From assembly GCA_963727185.1 (NCBI GenBank), contig CAVSFP010000016.1, forward strand, positions 16,032-80,031: a stretch of 64,000 nucleotides of DNA, given 5' to 3'. The notes under the pieces are model-generated. The model saw only the letters and a list, made by a program, of their open reading frames with translations, did not search any database and was not told the DNA's origin. This document shows, piece by piece, positions 42,750-54,211 of the stretch; position 1 is the stretch's first letter, and each line of letters opens with the position of its first letter. The position numbers and the translations under genes were made by a program. This DNA comes from an uncultured Actinomycetes bacterium. Its GTDB lineage: Bacteria; Actinomycetota; UBA4738; HRBIN12.

Positions 42750-43260
42750 TCAGATGGCGCCTTCGTGGCGGAGGAGCCATCGTTTGCGAGTCCTCGTGGC
42801 GTCCGTACCCCCCGATCGTTCCGCCGGCGTGGACGACCCGATGGCACGGGACGAACAGCTCGATCGGGCATCGGCTCAGGGCACCCCCCGCCGCCCGGCC
42901 GGCTCGGAGACTGCCGGCGCTGGCCGCGACGTCGCCGTACGTGGCGAGCTCGCCGTACGGGATGGCGATGGTCGCTTCTAGGACCCGTCGTCCGAATCCG
43001 TCCGGTACGAGCTCGAGGTCCACCGGGGTCGCGAACGTCCGTCCCGTGCCGCGGAAGTAGGCCTCCACCTCGCGACGCAAGGGCGTCAGGGCGCGGGCAC
43101 CTCCGCCGAGGATCGACGATCCGAGACGCGCCATGAGCCGGTCCAGCTCGGGCTCGACATCGTCATCGATGAACGTCGTCCAGACCACGCCGCGATCGGA
43201 GACGACCACGAGCAGGTCGCCGATCGGTGTCGAGACCGGCGTGGATCGATAACTCGTCAC
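42750..43260 (-). CDS. ogt: Methylated-DNA-protein-cysteine methyltransferase (frameshift near 42790)
   Basis: TPIG, IPYGELATYG, RAAG, VPCHRVV. Confidence 0.9.
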
Positions 43261-43967
43261 ACCGGCGGCCACGGGTACGGCCGGCCCGGGCCGGGTTCGG
43301 GGAACACCCCCGCGGCGAGCACGGCCGCGATGCGCTCGTCGAGCGCGAGCAGCTCGTCGTCGGAGAGCAGCTCGTCCAGCTCCGCACGCAGATCGCCAGC
43401 CCGCGACCGATCTCGGAATCGCCCGACGTCGTCGAGCAGGTCCGGCGGGATGGGTTCGCCGACGTGCTCCCAGATCACGGTGCGGAGCTTCGGCTCCTCG
43501 TTGAAGCACACGCCGTGGTCGACGACCCAGATCGTGCCGTCCTTGGCCAGCAGGCAGTGACCGCCCTTGCGATCGGCATTGTTCACCACCATGTCGAACA
43601 GGGCGACGCGCCGGAACTCGTCGGGGTGCGTCCCTTCCAGCGTGAAGTAGTGCTGCGACGGATCGAACTCCACGAACAGCTGCGTCGAGCCCAGTCCCTC
43701 GGGACCATCCCGAAGAACGGTCGGCGGGATGTTCGGCCAGCCGAGCTCGCGCGCCACCACGTACGCCGCGACCTCACGCCGGCAAAGCGTGCCCTCCGGG
43801 AAGTCCCAGAGCGGCATCTCACCCCGCCGAGGCTTGTAGACCGCGAGGATCTGGTCGTCGCCCGCCGTCGCGCGCGCGAGGAACGTGTAGTTGGAGGAGT
43901 TCGGCAGAAGCCCGAGCAGCTCGAGGTCGCCCGAGACGAGCGCGGCGGGCAGGCGGGGGTCGTTCAG
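43257..43967 (-). CDS. SCO1664 family protein (PI3/4-kinase-like)
   Basis: SSNYTF, YKPRRGEMPLWDFP, REVAAY, NNADRKGGH, DHG, YPWPPV; start unclear. Confidence 0.88.
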   Translation of the reverse strand: MNDPRLPAALVSGDLELLGLLPNSSNYTFLARATAGDDQILAVYKPRRGEMPLWDFPEGTLCRREVAAYVVARELGWPNIPPTVLRDGPEGLGSTQLFVEFDPSQHYFTLEGTHPDEFRRVALFDMVVNNADRKGGHCLLAKDGTIWVVDHGVCFNEEPKLRTVIWEHVGEPIPPDLLDDVGRFRDRSRAGDLRAELDELLSDDELLALDERIAAVLAAGVFPEPGPGRPYPWPPV

Positions 43968-44485
43968 GTTCGCTTCGAGTGACCGTTCATCGCGGGGCAC
44001 GCGTGTCCCTCCGGGTCGAGGGGATTGCCGCAGTACTGACAGGTCGGGCGTCCGCGGTCGACCACCGCCGCCGCGTGTCGCGAGAGCGCGAACATCTGCT
44101 CGCGGGATGCGAGCAAGCGCAGCAGCTCGGCGTCCTCCTGCAGGAGCAACGCGGGGTCGTCCTCCTCCAGGTCGGGCTGGAACTCCTCGATCTCGAGCAG
44201 GAACAGGTCGGAGTCCTCCTCGTAGCCGATCGAGAGTCGTCCGGCTCGCCAACGAGGTTCGAACGGCTCTTCGAGGTCCATGGCCTCCTCGTCGGGACCG
44301 GTGCCCGTCTCGAGGCCGATCGTGGCGAGCAGATCGAGCACGGACGCGGCGAGCAGGCTCACCTGCTCCTTCTCGACGATGAGCGTCACGAGATCGGCGC
44401 CACGACGCACCTGGAGGTAGAACGTGCGGAGACCCGGTTCCCCGACGGCGTCGGCGGTGATCCGGTCGACGGGGCCCAGATCCAT
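43964..44485 (-). CDS. DUF3090 family protein
   Basis: VGEPGLRTFYLQ, EKEQV, GRPTCQYCGNPLDPEGHACP..NGH. Confidence 0.9.
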   Translation of the reverse strand: MDLGPVDRITADAVGEPGLRTFYLQVRRGADLVTLIVEKEQVSLLAASVLDLLATIGLETGTGPDEEAMDLEEPFEPRWRAGRLSIGYEEDSDLFLLEIEEFQPDLEEDDPALLLQEDAELLRLLASREQMFALSRHAAAVVDRGRPTCQYCGNPLDPEGHACPAMNGHSKRT

Positions 44486-44490
44486 GCGGC

Positions 44491-45132
44491 CTATCCTCGC
44501 AGGTTCCGTTCGCCGCGCGGCGGCGGCGCGAAGCGGTCCAGGCTGCCGGTGTCGTTGACCATGAGGACGTGCGGGCCGGCGTCACCGAGCGATACGGCCG
44601 ACACGGACGCGGGGTCGGCCATGGTGCGCTGGAACAGATCGAGGTGCGCCCCGCCCAGATGGGCGACCAGCATCCGGATGATGTCGCCGTGCGATGCGAC
44701 CGCGACGCGACCCCGCGGGTGCTTGGCGGCGATCGCGTCGATCTCCGCGATGGCGCGCGCTTGCGCGTCGGCGAACGACTCCCCGTCGGGGAAACGGAAG
44801 TGCGACGGCCGATGGATCAGCTCCTTCCACAGGCGGGTCCGTCGAACCTGGGCGAGCGAGCGGCCGGTCCAAGCGCCGACGTCCATCTCGATCAGGCCGT
44901 CGCGGGTGACGACGTCGAGGCGCTGCCGGGCCGCGAGCGGGGTGACGGTCTCGACGCACCGATCCAGCGGGCTCGAGTAGACGGCCGTGAGCCGGATCGG
45001 GGCGAACCGTTCCGCGAGCGCCTCGGCTTGCGCCCGGCCGCGCTCGTCGAGCGGCACGCCCGGCGTTCGCCCGTAGAGCGTCTTGCCGGTCACGGCCGTG
45101 AGCCCGTGACGGATCAGGAAGAGGGTCGTCAT
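44491..45132 (-). CDS. Histidine phosphatase (MSMEG_4193 family)
   Basis: LIRHG, SSPLDRC, FPDGES, SHGD; conserved triad with DUF3090 and SCO1664. Confidence 0.88.
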   Translation of the reverse strand: MTTLFLIRHGLTAVTGKTLYGRTPGVPLDERGRAQAEALAERFAPIRLTAVYSSPLDRCVETVTPLAARQRLDVVTRDGLIEMDVGAWTGRSLAQVRRTRLWKELIHRPSHFRFPDGESFADAQARAIAEIDAIAAKHPRGRVAVASHGDIIRMLVAHLGGAHLDLFQRTMADPASVSAVSLGDAGPHVLMVNDTGSLDRFAPPPRGERNLRG

Positions 45133-45161
45133 CGGCCCGGCAGCATACGCCGGGCGTGACG

Positions 45162-46350
45162 TCAGGGTTCGGCGGGCTCGTTCTTGGCGGCTGCGGCCGT
45201 CGGCAGCCGAACCTCGAACGTCGAGCCTCTTCCCAGCTCGCTCGTCACGGTCACCGTGCCGCCGTGGTTCTCGGCGACGTGGCGCACGATCGCCAGCCCG
45301 AGGCCGGTGCCACCGGTCTCTCGCGACCGGGCGCGGTCCACGCGGTAGAAGCGCTCGAACACCCGGGTCAGATCCTTCGACGGGATCCCGGAGCCGGTGT
45401 CGCTCACGCGCAGGACGACCGATCCGTTGTCGGCCGCCACAGCCGCGATGATCGTTCCATCGGCTTTCGTATAGCGGATCGCGTTGTCCAACAGGTTCCG
45501 GACCAGCAGCGACAGGTCGCGCCCGGACCCGGTGACGGCGGGCACGGCGGGCGACGTCGACCTCGATGCGCAAGACCTGCCTCGATCGCGAGCGTCCTCG
45601 AACCGCGAGCTCTCCTCTCGGACCAACGCGTCCAGACTGCACCTGCTCCTCGAGCTCGCTCCCCGACTCCAGCCGGGAAAGGTCCAGGAGGTCGGCGACG
45701 ATCCTGGACAGGCGCACCGCCTCGCGTTCGAGCTGTTCGGCGAACCGCGGCACCGCCGCCGGGTCCTCCTGCCACACGTGCAGGAGGGTCTCAGCCGCCG
45801 CCTGGATCGACGCCGCGGGGGTCTTCAGCTCGTGCGACGCGTTGGCGACGAAGTCGCGACGAACGGCGTCCAAGCGCCGAGCTTCGGTGACGTCGGCGAC
45901 CACGACCAGGACCGAACCGTCCTCGCCGGCGGGCGTGGCCGTCACGCGGAGCCAGCGGGTCGGGAGCCAACTTCGATCTCGGTGACCTCAGCGCCAGAGG
46001 TCTCGACGACCCGCCGGATCATCTGCGGAGACTCGGCGGGTAGCAGCTGACCGAGCGCCTCGGGGCGCGACGCCGAGATGACGGTCGAGCGCGTCGTTCG
46101 CGAAGACGGTGCGATGACCTCCGTCGAAGAGCAGGACCCCGTCCTGCATCGAGGCGAGGATCCGATCCCGAACCTGGCGGGCCTGGGCGGCGACATCTGC
46201 GCGTCCTTCGAGGGCTCGTATCGTGCGACGGTCACCTTCGAGGAGGCGTTCTAGCTTCCGCTGCCCCACCCGCCGTCCCGCCCACAGGCCGGCGACCCCC
46301 GCGACGATGCTCGCGAGGGCGACCAGGGCAACGGCGGTGCCGACCTCCAC
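45162..46350 (-). CDS. Phosphate-regulon sensor kinase SenX3/PhoR-like, frameshifted
   Basis: RRDFVANASHELKTP, NLLDNA, DTGSGI, FERFYRVDRARSRETGGTGLGL. Confidence 0.88.
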
Positions 46351-46378
46351 ATCGGCAGTGTAGGCCCCGACCCCGGCG

Positions 46379-46422
46379 GTTCATCTGTTGGCCATCAACG
46401 GTTCGCCATTTCTTCATGAATG
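46379..46422 (+). promoter_or_regulatory. PHO-box array next to the kinase promoter
   Basis: GTTCA, GGCCA, GTTCG, CTTCA at exact 11-nt spacing (46379, 46390, 46401, 46412). Confidence 0.7.
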
Positions 46423-46478
46423 GCTTGAGAACCCGTTTGAGAACCTGCTTGACCTGGACGTTCGTCGTCGGAAGACGG

Positions 46479-46530
46479 GTTCACCCTCGTTCATGTTGCG
46501 TTCACCTTCGGTCAATCGCTCGTCCACCTA
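46479..46530 (+). promoter_or_regulatory. PHO-box array upstream of pstS
   Basis: GTTCACC (46479), GTTCAT (46489), GTTCACC (46500), GGTCA (46510), GTCCACC (46522). Confidence 0.8.
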
Positions 46531-46599
46531 GCCTCCATAGCATCGCTCCGTGTCACACCCCATCCCGGACGAGTATCAGACGAGTACTAGAGGAGGGAC

Positions 46600-47721
46600 A
46601 TGAGCATGCGCATCGTGCGAACGAAGGCGGGCATCGTGACAACCATGCTCGCTTTGTCGCTTGTCGCAGCTGCCTGCAGCAGCAACGACAATGGTGGCAG
46701 CGGAAACAGTGGGTCGACGGGCTCAACGGGCTTCCAGGGGGTCGCCCTGACCGGTGCAGGTGCCACGTTCCCCGACCCCATCTACGAGCAATGGTTCCAG
46801 TCGTTCCAGGGCGTCGAACCCGACGCGAAGATCAACTATCAGGCGATCGGTTCGGGTGGTGGGATCGAGCAGTTCACCGCGCAGACCGTGGACTTCGGAG
46901 CATCGGACGCGCCGTTGCAGCAAGACGAGATCGATGCCCTGCCGACCGACTACATCGAACTTCCTACCGTCCTCGGCGGCGTTGTGATCGCATACAACGT
47001 CTCGGGTCTGGATTCCGGTCTGAAGCTCGATACCGACACGGCGGCTTCAATCTTCCTCGGGAACATCACCAAGTGGAACGACCCGGCGATCGCGAAGCTG
47101 AACCCGGGTGTGAACCTCCCTGACACCGACATCGCCGTCGTCCACCGTTCCGACGAATCGGGCACCACGTTCGTCTTCACGTCCTGGCTCGCTGGTAACG
47201 CCGATTGGGAATCGAAGGTCGGCGCTGACAAGGCGGTACAGTGGCCTACCGGTACAGGCGGTGACGGCAACGACGGTGTCGCCGCAAGCGTCAGCCAGAC
47301 AGAAGGAGCGATCGGCTACCTGTCCTACGACTTCGCTGTCTCTAGCAACCTCGGGATCGCGGACATCAAGGCGAACGACGGGAGCTTCGTGAAGCCGTCG
47401 ATCCAGTCGATCAGCGCCGCCGGGGGCATCCTCAAGTTCCCGATCACTCCGGACTCGAACATCCTGAACTCCGACGCACCGGGTGCATACCCGATCGCGA
47501 GCACGACATACCTGCTCCTGTACAAGGATGGTTCGGACGCCGACAAGACCCAGACGATCTTCGACTTCGTGACATGGGCACTCACGACCGGACAAGCGGA
47601 AGTGACGAAGCTCAACTACTCACCGCTCCCCAAGGACATCGCCACGCAGGCGCTCGCGGCGCTCTCAGAGATGACCAGTGGAGGGGCGGCGATGACTGCT
47701 TCTCCGGCCGTGGGGGGCTGA
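46600..47721 (+). CDS. pstS: Phosphate ABC transporter binding lipoprotein
   Basis: Lipobox AAAC; GAGATFP, GSGGG, DFGASD, HRSDESGTT. Confidence 0.96.
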   Translation: MSMRIVRTKAGIVTTMLALSLVAAACSSNDNGGSGNSGSTGSTGFQGVALTGAGATFPDPIYEQWFQSFQGVEPDAKINYQAIGSGGGIEQFTAQTVDFGASDAPLQQDEIDALPTDYIELPTVLGGVVIAYNVSGLDSGLKLDTDTAASIFLGNITKWNDPAIAKLNPGVNLPDTDIAVVHRSDESGTTFVFTSWLAGNADWESKVGADKAVQWPTGTGGDGNDGVAASVSQTEGAIGYLSYDFAVSSNLGIADIKANDGSFVKPSIQSISAAGGILKFPITPDSNILNSDAPGAYPIASTTYLLLYKDGSDADKTQTIFDFVTWALTTGQAEVTKLNYSPLPKDIATQALAALSEMTSGGAAMTASPAVGG

Positions 47722-47741
47722 GTTAGGCTCCTCCACCAGTC

Positions 47742-48767
47742 ATGGAGACGCTCGAGCGACCGAAAGCGGGAAGGCCGTGGGTCTCCCCACGGCGTTCCCG
47801 CTTGCTCGACAGAGGGTTCTCATGGGTCACTGCGTTGGTCGCGGCCGGGTTGGTGTTGCTGCTCGTCCTGCTGATCCTCGAGCTTCTCCAGGGTTCGAAG
47901 CGGACGTTCTCGCAATTCGGTCTCGGATTCTTCGTCGGCACCGACTGGAATCCGGTCAGCGGTCGAGAGTCCTTCGGTGCGTTGCCGTTCATCTTCGGTT
48001 CACTGGTCACGTCGGCGACGGCCATCGTCCTGGCGGTGCCGGTGGGCGTGGGCGTGGCGCTCTTGCTGAACGAGGTGCGGGGATCGCTCGCGAACCCCTT
48101 GGCGACGTTCGTCGACGTCCTGGCTGCGATCCCTAGCGTCGTCTATGGACTGTGGGGACTGTTCGTGTTGAAACCCATCATGGACACGACGATCGAGCCC
48201 TTCCTCCAGAACACGATCGGTAAGATCCCCATCATCGGAGCCCTATTCAGCGGGAACCCCAACGGCCCGGACATCCTCACCGCCGGTGTGATCCTCGCGA
48301 TCATGATCCTGCCCATCGTGACGGCGGTGACACGGGAGGTCATCGCGGTCGTTCCCCACGATCAGCGGGAAGCAGCGTTGGCCTTAGGCGCCACCCGGTG
48401 GGAGTCGGTGAAGATGGCCGTCCTCCCCGCGGCTCGAAGCGGGATCGTCGGCGCGACGATGCTCGGTCTCGGGCGCGCGCTCGGCGAAACGATCGCCGTC
48501 TCCATGGTCGTCGGGAACGTGCCTCAGATCGGTGTGTCCCTCTTGGGTCCGGCCGCGACGATCCCCTCGTGGATCGCGAGCAGCTTCCGCGAGGCGACGA
48601 GCGTCGGGCTTCACCGATCGGCGCTCCTGGCCCTGGCCGTCGTCTTGGTCATCATGGCGTTCATCCTGGCGTTGCTATCACGCGTGCTGGTGCGCCGTAC
48701 GGAGCGGCTGGTCGGGCAGGACATCGAGCCCCAGCCAACCGCTTCCGAGTACGGAGTCCCGTCGTGA
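47742..48767 (+). CDS. pstC: Phosphate ABC permease
   Basis: AAIPSVVYGLWG, EAALALGATRW, LGRALGET. Confidence 0.95.
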   Translation: METLERPKAGRPWVSPRRSRLLDRGFSWVTALVAAGLVLLLVLLILELLQGSKRTFSQFGLGFFVGTDWNPVSGRESFGALPFIFGSLVTSATAIVLAVPVGVGVALLLNEVRGSLANPLATFVDVLAAIPSVVYGLWGLFVLKPIMDTTIEPFLQNTIGKIPIIGALFSGNPNGPDILTAGVILAIMILPIVTAVTREVIAVVPHDQREAALALGATRWESVKMAVLPAARSGIVGATMLGLGRALGETIAVSMVVGNVPQIGVSLLGPAATIPSWIASSFREATSVGLHRSALLALAVVLVIMAFILALLSRVLVRRTERLVGQDIEPQPTASEYGVPS

Positions 48768-49654
48768 GCGCGCCTCCGACCTCCTTCGAAGATGTCGGTG
48801 GCTTACAGGGTGTCGCCGATTCGCGGCGACGTCGGAACGCGGCCTTCACCATCTTCATGTGGAGCTGCGCCGTGTTGGCGATCGTGCCGTTGATCCTGAT
48901 CACGATCTACGTCGTCAAGCAAGGCGCCTCCGCGCTGTCGGTGAACTTCTTCACGAAGGTTCCGTCCGGCCCGCTCGATCCGCTGGCCGGAGGGATCGCG
49001 CAAGCGTTCATCGGGACCGCGATCATCGCGGGGATCGCGACCGCCATCGCCGTCCCGCTCGGCGTGCTGACCGCCGTCTACCTGGCGGAGTACGGGAGGG
49101 GACGGTTCGCGAGGGTGGTTCGGATCGTAGCGGACGTCTTGCTATCGACCCCGTCCATCGTGGCGGGGGCGTTCATCTGGTCGATCGTGGTCGTCGCACT
49201 CGGTAACTTCTCCGCGCTCGCTGGCGCGCTCGCCCTGGTCGTGCTGATGTGGCCGATCATCGCCAGGGCGACGGAGGAGATCCTTCGTCTCGTCCCTCAG
49301 GAACTGCGTGAGGGCGCGCTCGCACTCGGGGTCCCACGCTGGAAGATGATCATTCGGATCGTCATCCCGACCGCCGGCGCCGGCATCCTGACCGCCATCA
49401 TGTTGGCCGTGGCGCGCGGCCTCGGCGAGACCGCGCCGATCCTCCTGACCGCGCTCGGTAACGACTTCATCAACGTCGATCCGATGAAGCCGACCGATGC
49501 CGTTCCGTTGCGCGTGTACGACTACGCACGCACACCGGTTGAAGCGCTGCACCAGATCGCGTGGGGCGGCGCGTTGGTGCTGCTCGTGGCGGTACTGTTC
49601 CTATCGATCTCGGCCAGGGTTCTCTCGAGTCGCCAGAAGAAGAGGATGGCGTGA
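48764..49654 (+). CDS. pstA: Phosphate ABC permease
   Basis: GTG overlapping pstC stop; [26 protein letters not shown]. Confidence 0.93.
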   Translation: MSAPPTSFEDVGGLQGVADSRRRRNAAFTIFMWSCAVLAIVPLILITIYVVKQGASALSVNFFTKVPSGPLDPLAGGIAQAFIGTAIIAGIATAIAVPLGVLTAVYLAEYGRGRFARVVRIVADVLLSTPSIVAGAFIWSIVVVALGNFSALAGALALVVLMWPIIARATEEILRLVPQELREGALALGVPRWKMIIRIVIPTAGAGILTAIMLAVARGLGETAPILLTALGNDFINVDPMKPTDAVPLRVYDYARTPVEALHQIAWGGALVLLVAVLFLSISARVLSSRQKKRMA

Positions 49655-50408
49655 GGAAATTGGAAGTCTCCGGACTGTCCGCGTGGTTCGGGACCAACCA
49701 GGTCTTGCACGGCGTGGACCTGGTTGCTCAGCCCGGGCAGGTGACCGCGATGATCGGGCCGTCCGGCTGCGGGAAGTCGACGTTGATCCGATGTCTCAAT
49801 CGGATGCACGACGAGATCCGCGGAGCTCGCGTCGAAGGGAAGGTGCTGTTCGACGGGACCGACATCTACGGGGATGAGGTCGACCCGGTCGAGGTTCGTC
49901 GTCGTATCGGGATGGTGTTCCAGCGACCGAACCCATTCCCCACCATGAGCATCGCCGACAACACCGTGGCTGGCCTGAAGCTCAACGGGCGTCTCCCGCG
50001 CGCGGAGATCCTCGAACGGGCTGAGCGCGCATTGACGGCAGCGGGCCTGTGGGACGAGGTGAAGGACCGGCTCGACGATCCGGGCGGCCGGCTCTCGGGC
50101 GGTCAGCAACAGCGTCTCTGCATCGCGCGGGCGTTCGCCGTCGAACCGGAAGTGCTGCTCATGGACGAGCCTGCCTCGGCGCTCGACCCAGCCTCCACGC
50201 TCGAGGATCGAAGAGCTCGTCGCGGAGCTGAAGGACCGATACACGGTCATCATCGTGACGCACAACATGCAGCAGGCGGCGCGCGTTTCCGATTGGACGC
50301 TGTTCATGTTGTACGGCGAAGTCGTCGAGTTCGGGCCGACCGACCAAGGTGTTCACGAACCCCGACGACAAACGGACGGAGGACTACGTGACGGGGCGGT
50401 TCGGATGA
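49651..50408 (+). CDS. pstB: Phosphate ABC ATPase (frameshifts near 50207 and 50345)
   Basis: [39 protein letters not shown] end. Confidence 0.93.
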
Positions 50409-51106
50409 CCGAGATGCGGACTAGGTTCCACGAGGAGCTCGAGTCGCTCGAGGAGATGCTGTTGCTCACGGGACAGTTAGCGGGCGAGCGGTCGCAGCAA
50501 TGCCGTACGAGCCCTGCGCGGATCGCGACAACGAGCTTGCGCAGCGCCGTCGTCGACGGCGATGACGCGATCGACGCGAACTACCTCGAGCTCGAGCGCC
50601 GGGCTCTGGACACGCTTGCTCTTCAGACACCGGTCGCGACCGACCTTCGCCTTCTGTCGGCGATCCTCCACATGCAATCTGCACCTGGAGCGGATCGGCG
50701 ATCAGGCCGTGAACGTCGCGAAGCTCTACCTCGTCACGCAGGCCGAGCCCGGCAGCGCGGCGATGCGGCAGCAGATCGCGGAGATGGGCGAGCATCGTGG
50801 TGGACATGGTCCGGACCGCGATGGAGGCGTTCGCACGGCGGGACCTCGAGCTCTGCCTGAAGCTCCCGATCGATGGACGACCCGGTCGATCGATCTGAAT
50901 CGCGCCACGCACCTGGAGGCGCTGAAGCTCGCGGACGACCGGCGGAGCCTCGACTGGGGCATGCACATGAACATGGCCGCCCGAGCGCTCGAGCGGGTCG
51001 GCGACAACGCCGTCGATATCGGGGAGCAGGTCGGATTCCTGATCACGGGCGAGTTCCGTGAGTTCACGGACGCGTCGCATCCGGTGGACGTCCTCGAGGC
51101 CGATGA
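50405..51106 (+). CDS. phoU: Phosphate signalling protein PhoU, frameshifted
   Basis: [35 protein letters not shown]. Confidence 0.9.
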
Positions 51107-51799
51107 CGGACGTCGCCGACCGCATCCTGATCGTCGAGGACGAGGAGTCCCTCGCGGACTCGGTCCGCTACAACCTCGAGCGGGAGGGGTACGGCGTCAC
51201 GATCGCGCCCGACGGCCGTCACGCGCTGGAACGGTTCCGGGCCGAGCCGCCGTCCCTCGTGATCCTGGATCTGATGCTGCCGGAGGTGTCGGGACTCGAC
51301 CTGTGCCGTGCCATCCGCGCCGAGTCCGACGTCCCGATCATCATGGTGACCGCCAAGGACTCCGAGGCCGACAAGGTGACGGGGCTGGAGCTCGGGGCCG
51401 ACGACTACGTCACCAAGCCGTTCTCGGTCCGCGAGCTCGTTTCTCGTGTCCGGGCGCTGCTGCGCCGGACGCGGCTCCGTCCGGACGAGCTGCCGGCCGA
51501 CGTGCTCGCCGGCGGACCGGTGGAGATGGACGTCGTCCGCCACGAGGTCGTGGTCGGCGGCGCGACCGCGTCGTTCCCGCCCAAGGAGTTCGAGCTGCTC
51601 GAGACGTTCCTGCGCAGGAAGGGTCGGCTTGCTCACGCGCGACTTCTTGATCGAGGAGGTCTGGGGTTCGGACTACTTCGGCGATACGAAGACGCTCGAC
51701 GTGCACGTCAAGCGTCTTCGGAAGAAGATCGAGACCGATCCACACGAACCGGTCCATCTGCTGACGGTGCGCGGCCTCGGCTACAAGTTCGTCGACTGA
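51103..51799 (+). CDS. regX3: OmpR-family response regulator RegX3/PhoP-like (frameshift near 51630)
   Basis: [43 protein letters not shown]. Confidence 0.88.
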
Positions 51800-52065
51800 C
51801 GCACGTCTTCTTCGTTCGTCTCGGGGAGGAGGCTGACGTGGTAGCCGGGTCGGCCCCAGCCGTCTCGGATGAAGAACACCTGCACGACCTGTCCCTCGAC
51901 GGGGTCGAGGGATTCCAGCTGGTTCTCCGCGTCGGCCTCCAGCAGCCACACGGAGCCGTCCTCGGTACGCACGGCCCAGTTCAGACCGCCGAGCAAGTGG
52001 AACACCCCCGTCAGCGTGCCCGACTGTTGGGGCCTCCAGATCCTCGTCTCACTGGGAAGATCCAT
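51781..52065 (-). CDS. Small hypothetical protein
   Basis: GGAGGTG RBS; protein-like beta-rich composition; no family recognised. Confidence 0.55.
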   Translation of the reverse strand: MDLPSETRIWRPQQSGTLTGVFHLLGGLNWAVRTEDGSVWLLEADAENQLESLDPVEGQVVQVFFIRDGWGRPGYHVSLLPETNEEDVRQSTNL

Positions 52066-52129
52066 CACTGCTCTCACCTCCGCACCCTACGCTTCGAGCC
52101 TTCTCTCTCCGGATGAACACACAGCCTCG

Positions 52130-52395
52130 TCAAGATGGCGAAGGGATGAAAGATGTCGGGGTGCGCGTCCCTGGTCGAGGCTGGAGGATCCGCTGGCTAC
52201 ACCGTAACGATTCCCATCTGCTGGGAGCAGCCACCTCAGCTTCGGAGAGGGAGCCCCACCGGCCCGATCTGCGCCAGATGAGAGAGTGGCCCACCGCGAT
52301 CAGGCACCAGATGGCTTCGACGACGCCGAACGGCCAGGCACCCGAGAAGTACCCGTAGGCACTTGATAGCGCACAACCAAGAGCGGATCCGGTCG
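52130..52395 (-). pseudogene. 3' remnant of a small membrane protein
   Basis: ALGCALSSAYGYFSGAWPFGVVEAIW hydrophobic segment without a plausible N-terminal helix or start. Confidence 0.4.
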
Positions 52396-52556
52396 GAGTA
52401 CACACAGAGGATCGAGCCGAGCGGCCCGATCCAGTGGGGTCCAGTGGCTCTCCGCAGCGCCTTCGACGAGTGCGATGGTCTGTTCACGAGGGTGCAGACG
52501 TCGCGGGCGCGAGCCCTCGCCGTCAATCGTCTGCGTGGGATGGGGGTGTTTGTGAC

Positions 52557-52838
52557 ATGACAGCGCAAACCGAACTCGTCGAAATGTGCAAGGTCGCTCT
52601 TGAGCAGGAGAGCGACTGGCGCGAGATGGGGCCGGAAGGTCGGACGGCGGCCTTCGAGCGATTCCAGCAGTTGCTGCACACCATCGCGGACATCACCGGA
52701 CGCACGTACGAAGATGTTCTGAACGACGCAGTCGAGGAGTGGGTGACGGTTCACTTCTGCTCGATCCAGAGCGACAAGGGTCCATCGGCGGAGTGGGCCG
52801 AAGCAGGACAAGCCGACATCAACAAGCAGTCCTTGTAG
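52557..52838 (+). CDS. Small acidic helical hypothetical protein
   Basis: GGGGTG RBS-like site; 93-aa ORF with amphipathic pattern. Confidence 0.5.
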   Translation: MTAQTELVEMCKVALEQESDWREMGPEGRTAAFERFQQLLHTIADITGRTYEDVLNDAVEEWVTVHFCSIQSDKGPSAEWAEAGQADINKQSL

Positions 52839-53369
52839 TCAAACCTGGACTTGCGCCGTGAGCTGGCCCTCTCGGTCAGCACGAACGCCGTCTCGCGAGG
52901 GATGAAGCGCGGGGTCCGGGCAGCGTAGGCAGCGTATGCGGGATACCGTATCTCGAGTCGCCGCTCCTCCCATCGAGCCTTGAGCACGAGCCACGCCACC
53001 AGGGCTAGTGTGGTCGTAGCGATCGCGAGGCTCCCCGACGGGATCGCGGATCCGACGGCGAGCGCCATCACCCCGGTGTAGATCGGGTGACGAACGTACC
53101 GGTAGAGCCCCGTGGAGCGGAGCTCCCCGCCCGGCACCGGGGTCGGGAGGGGCGTCGCGGATCGTCCGAGGTTCAACAGACCGAGGCCGAGTCACGACGA
53201 TGCCGGCGATCTCGAGCACACGCGCCACCGTCTTGAACCACGTGGGCGCCGTCCACGCGTGGCCCGACGGCAGCAGGAAGATCGCGGCCAGAAGACCCAG
53301 CTGAACCAGGAGAAGCGCCCACGCGACGACGCGATCGCGGTCGTCGGGCGAGCGGCGGGAGGGATGCAC
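52751..53369 (-). CDS. Isoprenylcysteine carboxyl methyltransferase/PEMT family membrane protein (frameshift near 53185)
   Basis: TPLPTP, GLYRYVRHPIY, KARWEE, Y..Y..TPRFIP. Confidence 0.85.
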
Positions 53370-53446
53370 GAACGACGAGCCTACGCGCGGGTGTCCTCGC
53401 CACGGTAGGGCTAGATCGTGAGGCGGGTGTTTACGATGTCGGTCGG

Positions 53447-54211
53447 ATGGCACCATGGCCGGTCTTCGTCGTCGCGGGGGCTGCGATCGGTGTCCTGACG
53501 GGGCTATTCGGGGTCGGTGGCTCCTCGATCGCAACTCCGTTGCTCGCCGTCCTCGGGGTACCGGGGCTCCTCGCCATTGCCTCGCCACTGCCCGCGACCA
53601 TCCCAGCCGCCCTCGGTGCAGCCGGACCCTACATCCGAGGAGGGGAGGCTAGGCCGCGAGCGGCTGCGTGGACGCTCGTTGGCGCGTTGCCCGCCGCAGT
53701 GATCGGGGCCTTGCTGTCGGAGCTGGTCGGAGGCCCGATCCTGCTCATCGCCTCCGGCCTCGTCCTCATCGTCGTCGGACAGCGGGTACTCCGCCCGATC
53801 GAGCAGTCCACACGTTCCGCGGGCACCGTCCGGCGTAAGAACCGCCTTCTGCTGGTTGCGGCGTCCGTCGCCGTTGGGTTGTTCACCGGACTGCTCGCCA
53901 ACGGCGGAGGCTTCTTGCTCGTGCCGATGTACCTGTTGGTCTTCGGACTTCGGATGCGCGAAGCGGCCGGCACGAGCCTGTTGGTCATCGCCGCCCTGGC
54001 CGTCCCGACGCTCGCAACGCATTGGGCGCTCGGCCACATCGACTGGGCCGTTGCCGGCGCGTTCGCCCTTGGCGCGGTACCGACCAGCATCGGGAGCGGT
54101 CGGTTGGCGCAGCGAGTCACCGGAACGCGCCTGCGCCATTGGTTCGGCTGGTTCCTCATCGGTTCAGGCATCGCCTTCGTCTTGTACCGGGTTCTTGCAG
54201 CCACGCGTTGA
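53447..54211 (+). CDS. TauE/SafE (TSUP) family transporter
   Basis: GLFGVGG, GLLANGGG..VP, AAGTSL, H..LGHIDW. Confidence 0.88.
   Translation: MAPWPVFVVAGAAIGVLTGLFGVGGSSIATPLLAVLGVPGLLAIASPLPATIPAALGAAGPYIRGGEARPRAAAWTLVGALPAAVIGALLSELVGGPILLIASGLVLIVVGQRVLRPIEQSTRSAGTVRRKNRLLLVAASVAVGLFTGLLANGGGFLLVPMYLLVFGLRMREAAGTSLLVIAALAVPTLATHWALGHIDWAVAGAFALGAVPTSIGSGRLAQRVTGTRLRHWFGWFLIGSGIAFVLYRVLAATR

Noticed and set aside
40711-43509. 932-aa apparent Ogt-CDF fusion
   Set aside because: Produced by an indel near the ogt end and read-through off-frame across the lipoprotein gene.
43257-45132. Phosphatase-DUF3090-SCO1664 triad as a novel system
   Set aside because: Already described as a conserved actinobacterial triad, although its function is unknown.
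50562-51650. PhoU C-terminal extension across regX3
   Set aside because: Off-frame read-through; an ATGA junction at 51103-51106 points to an indel.
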